Part shown: in pieces, positions 8,168 through 16,233 of the stretch
Layout: each line of letters begins with the position of its first letter
Position numbering within the stretch: position 1 is the first letter of the stretch
IMG/VR virus record: IMGVR_UViG_3300021378_001157
DNA from: an uncultured virus (IMG/VR IMGVR_UViG_3300021378_001157)
Taxonomy: Duplodnaviria > Heunggongvirae > Uroviricota > Caudoviricetes
Direction: 5' to 3' (one strand)
Length of the DNA stretch: 20,000 bases
The notes under the pieces: model-generated
Database searches by the model: none
Seen by the model: only the letters and a program-made list of their open reading frames with translations
What the model was told of the DNA's origin: nothing
Position numbers and translations under genes: made by a program

Positions 8168-8827
8168 CTATATTTTAGAGTTTAGTTTAGAGAGGAAATT
8201 CTTAAAAGCTCTGATTTCTACGTCCGCAGAATTCATATTTTTAGCTTCTTTTATTTCAGTCTCAATTTCTTCAATTTCTTGTGCCACAAGGATACCATTA
8301 TTCCAAACCCAATCTACGCCTTCCATGATGCCATCTACGAAAGCACCAGGCGCTGAAGGGTCTTGAACAATGTCAACGGTTGCAAGCATAAAATCCTTGC
8401 CAACATGTTGTGTACCATTCTTCTGTACAAGAGTTCCCATACCACGACTTGAAACACCAAGCTTAACACCACCCTCTAATAATCCTTCAACTATTTTTCC
8501 CATAGGGGTTTTAAGTATTGATGCTTTTCCCACAACGTCATCTCCCTCCCAGCGGAGTTCAGTGATTTTGTGTGAAACTTTATCAAGATTGATAGTTGGT
8601 CCGTCTGGGTGATTTAATTCACCAACGGCTCTACCAGTCTTTACTTGTTCTTTTACATACTTATTAACAGCCGACTCTAATACGGTCTTGTCATAAGTTC
8701 TTTTGTTTCTATTCTCTCTATTGGCCTGCATGAAAACACCTTCAATAACATATCCTTTCGAACCGTCTTTACGTGCTTCTTGTATGACCTCAAGGTCTGT
8801 TTCTAAATATTCGGCTATAAGCTTCAT
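8168..8827 (-). CDS. gp21: Prohead protease
   Basis: IEGVFMQ, NRNKRTY, GELNHP, GVSSRGMG and DIVQDPSAPGAFV. Confidence 0.96.
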   Translation of the reverse strand: MKLIAEYLETDLEVIQEARKDGSKGYVIEGVFMQANRENRNKRTYDKTVLESAVNKYVKEQVKTGRAVGELNHPDGPTINLDKVSHKITELRWEGDDVVGKASILKTPMGKIVEGLLEGGVKLGVSSRGMGTLVQKNGTQHVGKDFMLATVDIVQDPSAPGAFVDGIMEGVDWVWNNGILVAQEIEEIETEIKEAKNMNSADVEIRAFKNFLSKLNSKI

Positions 8828-9060
8828 TCTAGCTCTTCTCCCATCAGCTTAATAAAATCATTAGCTGATTTTTCTGCATCCTTTGCATTTCTAAAGTTAT
8901 CATCTAGTTTTTCATTATCTACATAGACAGCAAACTTGTTGCCCTTCTTAGCGATAACTATATCTAGTGATTTTCTTTTGCCGCCTTTATAAGCCTTCAC
9001 CTGTTTCTCGCCAGGGGCTAACTTAGCAACTTTTTCTCTTAGCTCTACAAAAGAAAGCAT
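8824..9060 (-). CDS. Small prohead-region protein at the gp68 position
   Basis: 78-aa ORF with ATGA overlap into gp21. N-terminus MLSFVELRE resembles a capsid-targeting peptide. Identity inferred from synteny only. Confidence 0.65.
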   Translation of the reverse strand: MLSFVELREKVAKLAPGEKQVKAYKGGKRKSLDIVIAKKGNKFAVYVDNEKLDDNFRNAKDAEKSANDFIKLMGEELE

Positions 9061-9064
9061 TTAT

Positions 9065-9235
9065 TTATTCCTTATCGGTATCATCTACGACTCTATCTTG
9101 TAAAGATGATGCTACTTCAATCTTCTTAGCATCTAAAGCCGCGGATAATTTATCTGCCATAATACCATTAAATGCATTATTAGCAGAAACATTGTCGCCA
9201 TTTTTCAAATTATCAATTAAATTATCAATTGTCAT
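9065..9235 (-). CDS. gp67: Prohead core protein, gp67-like (56 aa)
   Basis: Hand translation MTIDNLIDNLKNGDNVSANNAFNGIMADKLSAALDAKKIEVASSLQDRVVDDTDKE*; AAGGA SD, own late promoter, immediately after portal. Not in the ORF track. Confidence 0.8.
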   Translation of the reverse strand: MTIDNLIDNLKNGDNVSANNAFNGIMADKLSAALDAKKIEVASSLQDRVVDDTDKE

Positions 9236-9256
9236 TTTATATTTTCCTTGTTTATA

Positions 9257-9264
9257 TATTTATA
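9257..9264 (-). promoter_or_regulatory. Late promoter for the 67-(68)-21-22-23 operon
   Basis: Exact intergenic TATAAATA 21 nt upstream of the ATG at 9235. Confidence 0.85.
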
Positions 9265-9283
9265 AAAAAAAGTATTTCAAGAA

Positions 9284-10774
9284 CTAGAAATCATCTTCAT
9301 CTGACTTATGCATACCTGCTGCAACTTCAGCTTTAATCTGGTCTTCCATTTCTTTCTTCGCTTCATCATCCAGTTTTAGAATATTCTTAGCAGCCCACTC
9401 ATGTGAGATATACTTACCAATATACTCTTCTACTGAACTTAACATATCAAATCTTTCTTTCCATATCTCAGCTTCTTTCAATTCTGAGAAATAGTTATCT
9501 TCGATATAGTTAAACTGTATCTGTTCTTTCCACTCGTCCCAATCTTGTTTAGTAATAATACCTTTTAACAATAATTGAGTTCTTAGAGTTTGTCTAAACA
9601 AATCACTAAATCTCTTTCTAAGTCTATCAATAAACTTCTTAAACTTAACTTCATCCCTAGAGATTTCGGTACTTCTACCTAAAGCAAAGTTAGATTCTTG
9701 TTCCAATCTATCTACTGGAACATTAAGAGATTTGTATAATTTCTTCTGGAAATATAAGATATCATCTATCTGCCCAAGATTTTCTCCACCAGGCAATGTA
9801 GTAATCTCTGTTCCTCTACCGCCTTCTCTTCTTGGTAAGAAAAAGTCCTCTAACATGGACATATGCTTCTTATCATCTTTAATATTACCAGTCTTAGCAT
9901 CATATACCATTTTATTTCTATATTGGCCCATGATGTTCTTTAAGTACTCTTCAGCCTTACCCTTAGGTAAGTTACCAACATCAATATAAAAGATTCTTCT
10001 CTCTGGCGCTCTACTTATTCTATAGATAACCAATGAATCTTCCATCATTCTTAGTTGATTAACAGGTTTAATTGCTTTCTGTAAGTAACTTAATATTCTT
10101 CTTCTACTTGCATCTAATACACCTGATGTGCAATAGATAACTGAATCTGGGTGAATTTTAATTCCTTGATTAGACTTGCCCATAGCAACATCTTGGAATA
10201 GGAAATATTCACTTTCCTTTTTAATAACATTAGCCCCAGTTTTAGGGTCTTTCTCTTCTTCAACCTCTTTAATCTTTCTAAGTTTAGTTGGGTCAATGTA
10301 ACGTAATTCTTTGATACCATTCTTTGGATTCTTATCATCAATAATAACGTGATAAGGTAATCTACCATCTACATACCATCTACGGAAGATATCATGTCCG
10401 TAACTGTTAAAATTATACATAGCAAGAATATTATTAAATTCCTCTTGCATAATTTCTTTAACTTTATCTGAAGCCTTTACTTCATCTAATACTAATCTTA
10501 CTGGAGTATCATCGTGACCTCCAACAATTGCCTCATTCATAATATCTTCAATAGCTGCATCACACTCTGGTTGAGTAGATACATCACGATATTTAAAAAT
10601 AAGTTCTATTTCATTCTTTGCTTTATCACCATCTAGGTCAAGATATGCGCCAAAGTGGCCTCCTGCCTGAATAACACCAGCACCGTCTTCATCTGTATTT
10701 GGAACGAAAGAAGGACGTACGGGCTCAAGAGCCGCTTTCTTCCTATTAATTTCGAATCCGAAAAAATCTGCCAT
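9284..10774 (-). CDS. gp20: Portal vertex protein
   Basis: FRRWYVDGR, ELRYIDP, NQLRMMEDSLVIYRISRAPERRIFYIDVGNLPK and LPRREGGRGTEITTLPGG. Confidence 0.97.
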   Translation of the reverse strand: MADFFGFEINRKKAALEPVRPSFVPNTDEDGAGVIQAGGHFGAYLDLDGDKAKNEIELIFKYRDVSTQPECDAAIEDIMNEAIVGGHDDTPVRLVLDEVKASDKVKEIMQEEFNNILAMYNFNSYGHDIFRRWYVDGRLPYHVIIDDKNPKNGIKELRYIDPTKLRKIKEVEEEKDPKTGANVIKKESEYFLFQDVAMGKSNQGIKIHPDSVIYCTSGVLDASRRRILSYLQKAIKPVNQLRMMEDSLVIYRISRAPERRIFYIDVGNLPKGKAEEYLKNIMGQYRNKMVYDAKTGNIKDDKKHMSMLEDFFLPRREGGRGTEITTLPGGENLGQIDDILYFQKKLYKSLNVPVDRLEQESNFALGRSTEISRDEVKFKKFIDRLRKRFSDLFRQTLRTQLLLKGIITKQDWDEWKEQIQFNYIEDNYFSELKEAEIWKERFDMLSSVEEYIGKYISHEWAAKNILKLDDEAKKEMEDQIKAEVAAGMHKSDEDDF

Positions 10775-10797
10775 AATTTATCCCTTAAATATTATCG

Positions 10798-10821
10798 GGA
10801 GGGGAAGTTTATTTCCCCTCC
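10798..10821 (-). promoter_or_regulatory. GC-rich hairpin in the portal 5' leader (no U-tract)
   Basis: GGAGGGGAA-ATAAAC-TTCCCCTCC, a perfect 9-bp stem. Confidence 0.7.
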
Positions 10822-10830
10822 TTCTAATAT

Positions 10831-10838
10831 TATTTATA
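10831..10838 (-). promoter_or_regulatory. Late promoter for gene 20
   Basis: Exact TATAAATA 6 nt after the gene 19 stop. Confidence 0.8.
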
Positions 10839-10844
10839 CTAGTT

Positions 10845-11372
10845 CTAGCTAGTAGTATTTGACTCCCAGTAATTAACCTGAAGTTCTACTGTAAACTCTT
10901 CGATTGTATTCTCATTTTCATAAGAAAGGTCGATAGCTCCAATATTCGTTGGGAAAGTTCCTCTAAAGTCATATCTCTTAACAGAGTTTCCTTCTTTGTC
11001 GAGTTGCTCAACAATCATATCTGCCATATAATCATTAGGGTTAGCTATTCCAACGTTAGCTTCGTGTTGGTTAATTCCATTAGACCATCTTTCAAATGCG
11101 TTTCTTACCTTAAAGTCTGTATCGTTAATTACAGTAATTGTCCAAGGTTCAAATGTTCTGTCACCAGCCATTATCAATTTTCTACCCCTAAATGGAATTT
11201 CCACTGGTGATAGAATTGAAGCAGGTAGCTGAGCAGCTTTACATAAGAAAGAAGTAAGTTCAACATCACCTTCAGCATATCCAGGGAAGTTACAAGTTAC
11301 CTTGAACATATTCGCCCTAGCGCCACCGCCGGTTAGTCTTGATTTAAAATCATCAATTCCTAAAATTGCCAT
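10845..11372 (-). CDS. gp19: Tail tube protein
   Basis: GGARANMFKV, FLCKAAQLP, GDRTFEPWTITVINDTDF and FPTNIGAIDLSY. Confidence 0.96.
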   Translation of the reverse strand: MAILGIDDFKSRLTGGGARANMFKVTCNFPGYAEGDVELTSFLCKAAQLPASILSPVEIPFRGRKLIMAGDRTFEPWTITVINDTDFKVRNAFERWSNGINQHEANVGIANPNDYMADMIVEQLDKEGNSVKRYDFRGTFPTNIGAIDLSYENENTIEEFTVELQVNYWESNTTS

Positions 11373-11384
11373 GTCTTTCTCCTA

Positions 11385-13097
11385 TTATTGTCCAGCTACT
11401 TCGGAGAATTCAACTCCGGTTCTGGTTGCTACAAAATTCAATGTAATAAAGTTAATAGACCTAGTAGGCTTCACATAGATGTCTGCCACAAATTTATTAC
11501 CATCTACTATTGATGGAGTATTATTTGTTTCATCACATACTACTTTAAAGTCTGTTACGCCTCTTCTTCCCTTTACATCCCTCATAAATGGTTCTACTAA
11601 GTTTCTAAACTGAGCTCTAGTAAATTCATCGTTGAATTCAAATAGTTGTGCTTTAGCAGCAGTACTAATTGATTTCTCTAATACGATAAATAATCTTCTT
11701 ACATTGATTCTATCGAATGCTGAAGCTCTAGATGCCAAAGTTTTATCTCCAAATAGTACTGTACCCTGACCAGGTAATGATACTATAGGATTTACTTTAC
11801 CTATATAAAGTGAATCTCTTTGTGCCGCAGTTGGGTTATATGCTAACTTAGTAATACCTCTTAGTTGGCCACGATTTACACCAGCTGGTGAGAACCATGC
11901 ATCTGCAACTTGGTCTGTATTAACTGCAAGACCTGCAACTAAACCAGAAGCACCAATCCATTCATACTGGTCATGGTATTTATTATAAACATATACTGCA
12001 CCACCATCAAGTGTTGCATATGAAGAGTTAGTTAAACTATCCTTATATGCTAATACATTAGTTACAGCTGTTGCTGAAGTCTGACCTTTAGTATCTGCTA
12101 CTGGAGGTGAGATGAAAGCCATACAATCTTTTCTGGCTTCACAAACACTGATTAGTTTTTCACCAATAGTATCTTCTCCATTTGCATCTGGTGTAGTAAA
12201 GAGTAATGATACATCAACTGTATCTACATCTTGGAATAAGCCAAGACCAGCAGTAATCTCTGTCTTAGTCACAGCTGTACCATCTGAACCACCTGTAAGT
12301 GAATCTGCTAATACAGAATCTGATGTTGTAAATTTATTTGCTGGAGATGTTCCATCAGCCTTTGCTTCAGCAACTGTCTTACCAGATTTAGTGTGTTCAG
12401 CTGCTTTAGCACCGAACCAAATCCACTGAGACTCTCTGTTAATTACTTCTTTATAATATAATGAAGAACCATTTACATCTACTGCATCTGAAGCTTGTGA
12501 TAAGAAACCGAAAGTTTCTACTACTTGTCCTGCAGTTCCTGTAATTAAACCATCTTCATCAACTACAACAACGTGTAGTTCATCTGCAACTGCTGCAGCA
12601 TTTTGACTTACTGCATAGTCTGAAGTAGCCGGAGCTCCTTCAAATAGACCTTTATAAGCAGTAAATGCAGAATCAGTATATGCTGTACTATTAGATACTA
12701 CAAATACCTTTAGACTATTACCTAAAACACCAGGGTACTTGGCATGCCAATCTCCTACTAGTGTTGAAGCTAAATAATCATCTTCATTATCAATGCGCTG
12801 TGCAGTACCTCCAGTACTTACAGCGTTTCTTGCGTCGCTATTAGCGACTCTAATTACTTTTAATGCGTTTCCATACTTTAAGAATGATGCCGCGGTTAAA
12901 AAGTGATTAGCGTTTGCTGGGGTTGGTGTAGAAAAGATACTTGCCATTTCATCTTCCGAAGAAACGAGTGTTATCTTATTTACAGGACCCCAATTATATT
13001 CTCCCACAAATCCACCAATGGATGATGAAACTGCTGGGACAACATTCGTTGCGTCAATTTCTTTGAACTGAACGCCGGGTGAGACTTGAAATGCCAT
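11385..13097 (-). CDS. gp18: Contractile tail sheath protein
   Basis: SPGVQFKEID, WGP, WFSPAGVNRG, GDKT, FDRINVRRLF, FEFNDEFTR and KPTRSINFITLNFVA. Confidence 0.97.
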   Translation of the reverse strand: MAFQVSPGVQFKEIDATNVVPAVSSSIGGFVGEYNWGPVNKITLVSSEDEMASIFSTPTPANANHFLTAASFLKYGNALKVIRVANSDARNAVSTGGTAQRIDNEDDYLASTLVGDWHAKYPGVLGNSLKVFVVSNSTAYTDSAFTAYKGLFEGAPATSDYAVSQNAAAVADELHVVVVDEDGLITGTAGQVVETFGFLSQASDAVDVNGSSLYYKEVINRESQWIWFGAKAAEHTKSGKTVAEAKADGTSPANKFTTSDSVLADSLTGGSDGTAVTKTEITAGLGLFQDVDTVDVSLLFTTPDANGEDTIGEKLISVCEARKDCMAFISPPVADTKGQTSATAVTNVLAYKDSLTNSSYATLDGGAVYVYNKYHDQYEWIGASGLVAGLAVNTDQVADAWFSPAGVNRGQLRGITKLAYNPTAAQRDSLYIGKVNPIVSLPGQGTVLFGDKTLASRASAFDRINVRRLFIVLEKSISTAAKAQLFEFNDEFTRAQFRNLVEPFMRDVKGRRGVTDFKVVCDETNNTPSIVDGNKFVADIYVKPTRSINFITLNFVATRTGVEFSEVAGQ

Positions 13098-13159
13098 CGC
13101 TTTATCCTCTCAATTTGAGTTAGTTAATAAGTTGTTCATAATAAGAATTTTCACTACTA

Positions 13160-13173
13160 TTATTTATAAATAA
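13160..13173. promoter_or_regulatory. Late promoter for genes 18-19 inside a perfect palindrome (TATAAATA on both strands)
   Basis: TTATTTATAAATAA; minus-strand box 13161-13168, plus-strand box 13165-13172. Confidence 0.8.
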
Positions 13174-13180
13174 CAGTATC

Positions 13181-14623
13181 CTAGTGGTCATTAGTATCAT
13201 TACGCTCAGTAACATTGCTCAACATGAATTGTCTATTAGGATTAATTGCTACCTTGAATTTACTTAGTAATATTCTATTTACCAACATTTCAGATGCAGT
13301 ATCTTTAAGAGTTAGTCCTAATTCAACTTTATATTTTTTATTATTAAAGATTAGATTATGTTCAATGATTGGTCTTACATCAAAAGGTTTTGCACCTCTT
13401 CTTGGTTCCGAAACACCTATTACTTCACTTCTAAACTTCTTCCCATTTTTGACCCAATCTACATAATCGCCGTCAGCATCAAGCTTATCAACGTGTAACA
13501 TAGTTGCCGATGCAGAGTTACCTGTATCGAATTTAGCACGAATAGGGTCATTTTCCATGCCTTCCAATGTGACTGTTTCAATGAATCCAGCCTCTTGTCT
13601 CATAATAGGTCTTCTGTTTAAATCACTTGAAAAGAAATCTATAATCAGAGATACCATATCTTTATCTGTTTTCTTACCTATAGAAGAACCAGTCTTAGTA
13701 TTATATGCATTAAAGTGTGACCTAATGCCAGGTGAACCATTTACTTCTAATATATAATAATTATCTTTTACTTTACAATGGTCAACGCCACAATACCAAG
13801 CACCTGTTGCTCTAGCCGCGGCTACTACTAATTCTTTTTCTTCATTAGATAGTGTGTATGGCCTTGTTTTTGCACCTAAATGTACATTGTTTCTAAATTC
13901 ACTATTATCTTCTTCTCTTATTCTTTCTGCAGCACCTATAATATTACCACCTACAACGAGAGTCCTAACATCAGATTTAATATCTAAGAATTCTTGTAAG
14001 AGTAAGTCAGCTTCATATTTCCATAGTGATTGTGCAACAGATACTAGTGAACCCATATCATTTACTTTAGATACTCCAACACCTTGTGTTCCAGTTAAAG
14101 TTTTAATGATTGTGGGAAACTTACCACCTATTCTCTTATGAGCATCTTCAATAGACTTCACATTATTAAGAATAGAAGTCTTTGGAGTGGGTAAGTTATT
14201 TCTTTCCAATAATAAGGTATTGGTCATTTTATTATCACAAGCCAACATTGATTCTAAATCATTAACCAAGAAGAAACCAATACTCTGTAATGAAGATACA
14301 ATTGCTTGAGCAGATAGACTTTCCAATGCACCTGCTCTAACAAAGATAATAGTATTATGTGTTTCTAGTTCTATAGAATTATCTTTACCATCAGCATTCT
14401 GGATAGTCACACTTCCGATTTCTACGTCATTTTGTGATATCCAAGCTTCATCAACATAAATTGAATCAAATGCAATCTTCTTCGCGTTACATACTTCTTC
14501 TGCAATCTCTGCAAAAGTACCTTCGCCAGATTCTTTCTTACCCAATACGGCAACGTGTAGATTATCCTGCTCTATAGGCTCTTCAAAGTCTTCTACTATA
14601 AAGTAATCATTAAAATTTTTCAT
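13181..14623 (-). CDS. rimK: RimK-family ATP-grasp alpha-L-glutamate ligase fused to a C-terminal RimB-like (retropepsin-type, 'ATP-dependent zinc protease' family) domain
   Basis: RimK motifs DNKM.T, KTLTGTQGVGV, LLQEFL, DVRTLVVGG, EFRNNVHLG, GVD and LEVNGSPG. C-domain G..E.V.L, AKFDTGN...MLH and RPII. Start moved from 14659 to ATG 14623 (TAATG overlap with the gp17 stop), giving 480 aa. Confidence 0.88.
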   Translation of the reverse strand: MKNFNDYFIVEDFEEPIEQDNLHVAVLGKKESGEGTFAEIAEEVCNAKKIAFDSIYVDEAWISQNDVEIGSVTIQNADGKDNSIELETHNTIIFVRAGALESLSAQAIVSSLQSIGFFLVNDLESMLACDNKMTNTLLLERNNLPTPKTSILNNVKSIEDAHKRIGGKFPTIIKTLTGTQGVGVSKVNDMGSLVSVAQSLWKYEADLLLQEFLDIKSDVRTLVVGGNIIGAAERIREEDNSEFRNNVHLGAKTRPYTLSNEEKELVVAAARATGAWYCGVDHCKVKDNYYILEVNGSPGIRSHFNAYNTKTGSSIGKKTDKDMVSLIIDFFSSDLNRRPIMRQEAGFIETVTLEGMENDPIRAKFDTGNSASATMLHVDKLDADGDYVDWVKNGKKFRSEVIGVSEPRRGAKPFDVRPIIEHNLIFNNKKYKVELGLTLKDTASEMLVNRILLSKFKVAINPNRQFMLSNVTERNDTNDH

Positions 14624-16233
14624 TAGTATTGGTGCCCCTTCCATTTTTGTTCGAACCATACATTTCCTTCTCCGTCACCTACCCCTGGGGTAGCAGTCTC
14701 TTCTCCGTCATCAATAAAACCGAAGGGAATCATATCGTCCTGAATTTCTGCTAATCTTTCTTTATATAGCATGTTCTTTATATCTATATCTGTTATACCA
14801 TTGAACACATCGGTAGATGTAAACCAAGCAAACATAACCAAATTCATCATTAAATCATCATGGTTAGGTGCAATGGCTTGATAACTACTACCCTTAGAAA
14901 CAAATGTACTCATTTCTATAATTGTTTGTGCATCGTGTATAATTAACTTTTTCTGTTCTATTAAATCTTTTACTGTTGAACACCCAATACGTTTTACTCT
15001 TCTGGTCATTGTAGCACCAATTGCATTTGCCTTTAAAGAGGATTCAACAAACATATGTTCGTATTCTAAATCATAATATAATCCATTACATACAACAGCA
15101 CCTTGGTCATTACTTTCTATAACAACATATGCTTCATTATACATATTGGCATATTTATAAATCATATCAGGCATTAACATCGGAGATATATTATTATCTC
15201 TAAATATAGCCACCTGCTCAAAAGTTTCAGTTGATACATCTATAATAGTAAAGGTAGAATAATCTTGCCCTCGCCCTTTACAAACATCTACTGTCATGAT
15301 ATAATTATGAGTTGGTACTGGCTCTTTGTAAATAAATATATTTTCTCTATATTTAATTGGGTCTATAGCTACTTGACTTAACAGATGATTTGCATCTATA
15401 AGAGTATTACCACGACCATGAAAAGTATTACCAAACTCTTGTTCGAACTGTAATGCAGAAGTATTACTAATGGTTTCTGCCTTCCACTTCTCATCTCTCC
15501 CTGGAACGTCCCACCAATCTACTCTAAACGGTTTATACTCATTCGTTCCCTGAGAAGCTCCTTCCCAAATTTTATGGTATACATTACCAATACCATTAGC
15601 AGTAGAAGTAATAATCACTTTAGTATCTTTACCAGATGATACAACAGGATAAGTTGATGTATAGAATTGAGCATCATTCTCTACAAAAGCAAACTCATCT
15701 AAAAAGAGTAAGTTAATAGAAAGACCACGAATGGAAGAACCACTAGTAGCCGCAGCCATAATCTTAGAATTATTACTAAACTCTATTGAACCCTTATTCA
15801 ATGCTTTACAGCCAGGTTGTAAAAAGAAAGGTAAGTTCTCTAACATTAGAGTCACCCTCGCCAACATCTCCCTTGCCGTAGCACCCTTATTTGCAAGTAC
15901 TGCAATAGTTTTCTCTGGATGAAAACATGCATACCATAGTAAATAAGCAACAGATGAGATAGATTTACCACTCTGTCTACATGCTAATACTATACTAAAT
16001 CTATTATTATTAAAGTGCCCAAACATCTTTTCTTGGTAATCATATAAATCAAAGGGTACTAAACCTTCATCTAATGATATAACTTTAAGATATTTACGAG
16101 CAAAGTATGCAGGATTTTGCATACATTTGGCATATTCAAGCACTTCATCTTTCGTGAATTGAGTTTCTACTCCATCACGCTTTACTGAAGGGTTACCTAA
16201 ATAACCAAACTCGTTATTCTTTATTCTCTGCAT
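14623..16233 (-). CDS. gp17: Terminase large subunit
   Basis: YLGNP, RQSGKS Walker A, LLFLDEFAF Walker B, ITSTANG, VD..KGRGQDYS and HDDLMM. ATG at 16233 preferred over TTG at 16236. Confidence 0.97.
   Translation of the reverse strand: MQRIKNNEFGYLGNPSVKRDGVETQFTKDEVLEYAKCMQNPAYFARKYLKVISLDEGLVPFDLYDYQEKMFGHFNNNRFSIVLACRQSGKSISSVAYLLWYACFHPEKTIAVLANKGATAREMLARVTLMLENLPFFLQPGCKALNKGSIEFSNNSKIMAAATSGSSIRGLSINLLFLDEFAFVENDAQFYTSTYPVVSSGKDTKVIITSTANGIGNVYHKIWEGASQGTNEYKPFRVDWWDVPGRDEKWKAETISNTSALQFEQEFGNTFHGRGNTLIDANHLLSQVAIDPIKYRENIFIYKEPVPTHNYIMTVDVCKGRGQDYSTFTIIDVSTETFEQVAIFRDNNISPMLMPDMIYKYANMYNEAYVVIESNDQGAVVCNGLYYDLEYEHMFVESSLKANAIGATMTRRVKRIGCSTVKDLIEQKKLIIHDAQTIIEMSTFVSKGSSYQAIAPNHDDLMMNLVMFAWFTSTDVFNGITDIDIKNMLYKERLAEIQDDMIPFGFIDDGEETATPGVGDGEGNVWFEQKWKGHQY

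Noticed and set aside
13128..13137. 10-mer TAAGTTGTTC repeated at 19728-19737, both near late promoters
   Set aside because: It lies downstream of one box and upstream of the other; two copies of an AT-rich 10-mer are compatible with chance.
14624..14659. Longer starts in the ORF track for rimK (14659), gp16 (16660), gp13 (19351) and uvsY (5067)
   Set aside because: Downstream ATGs have better SD or stop-start coupling, and for rimK, gp16 and gp13 they avoid overlaps with the upstream gene.
15152..15159. TATAAATA inside gene 17 (also at 1022-1029 inside gene 47)
   Set aside because: Explained by codons (IYKY; VINK), and a few chance all-AT 8-mers are expected in this AT-rich window. An internal late promoter cannot be excluded without start-site data.
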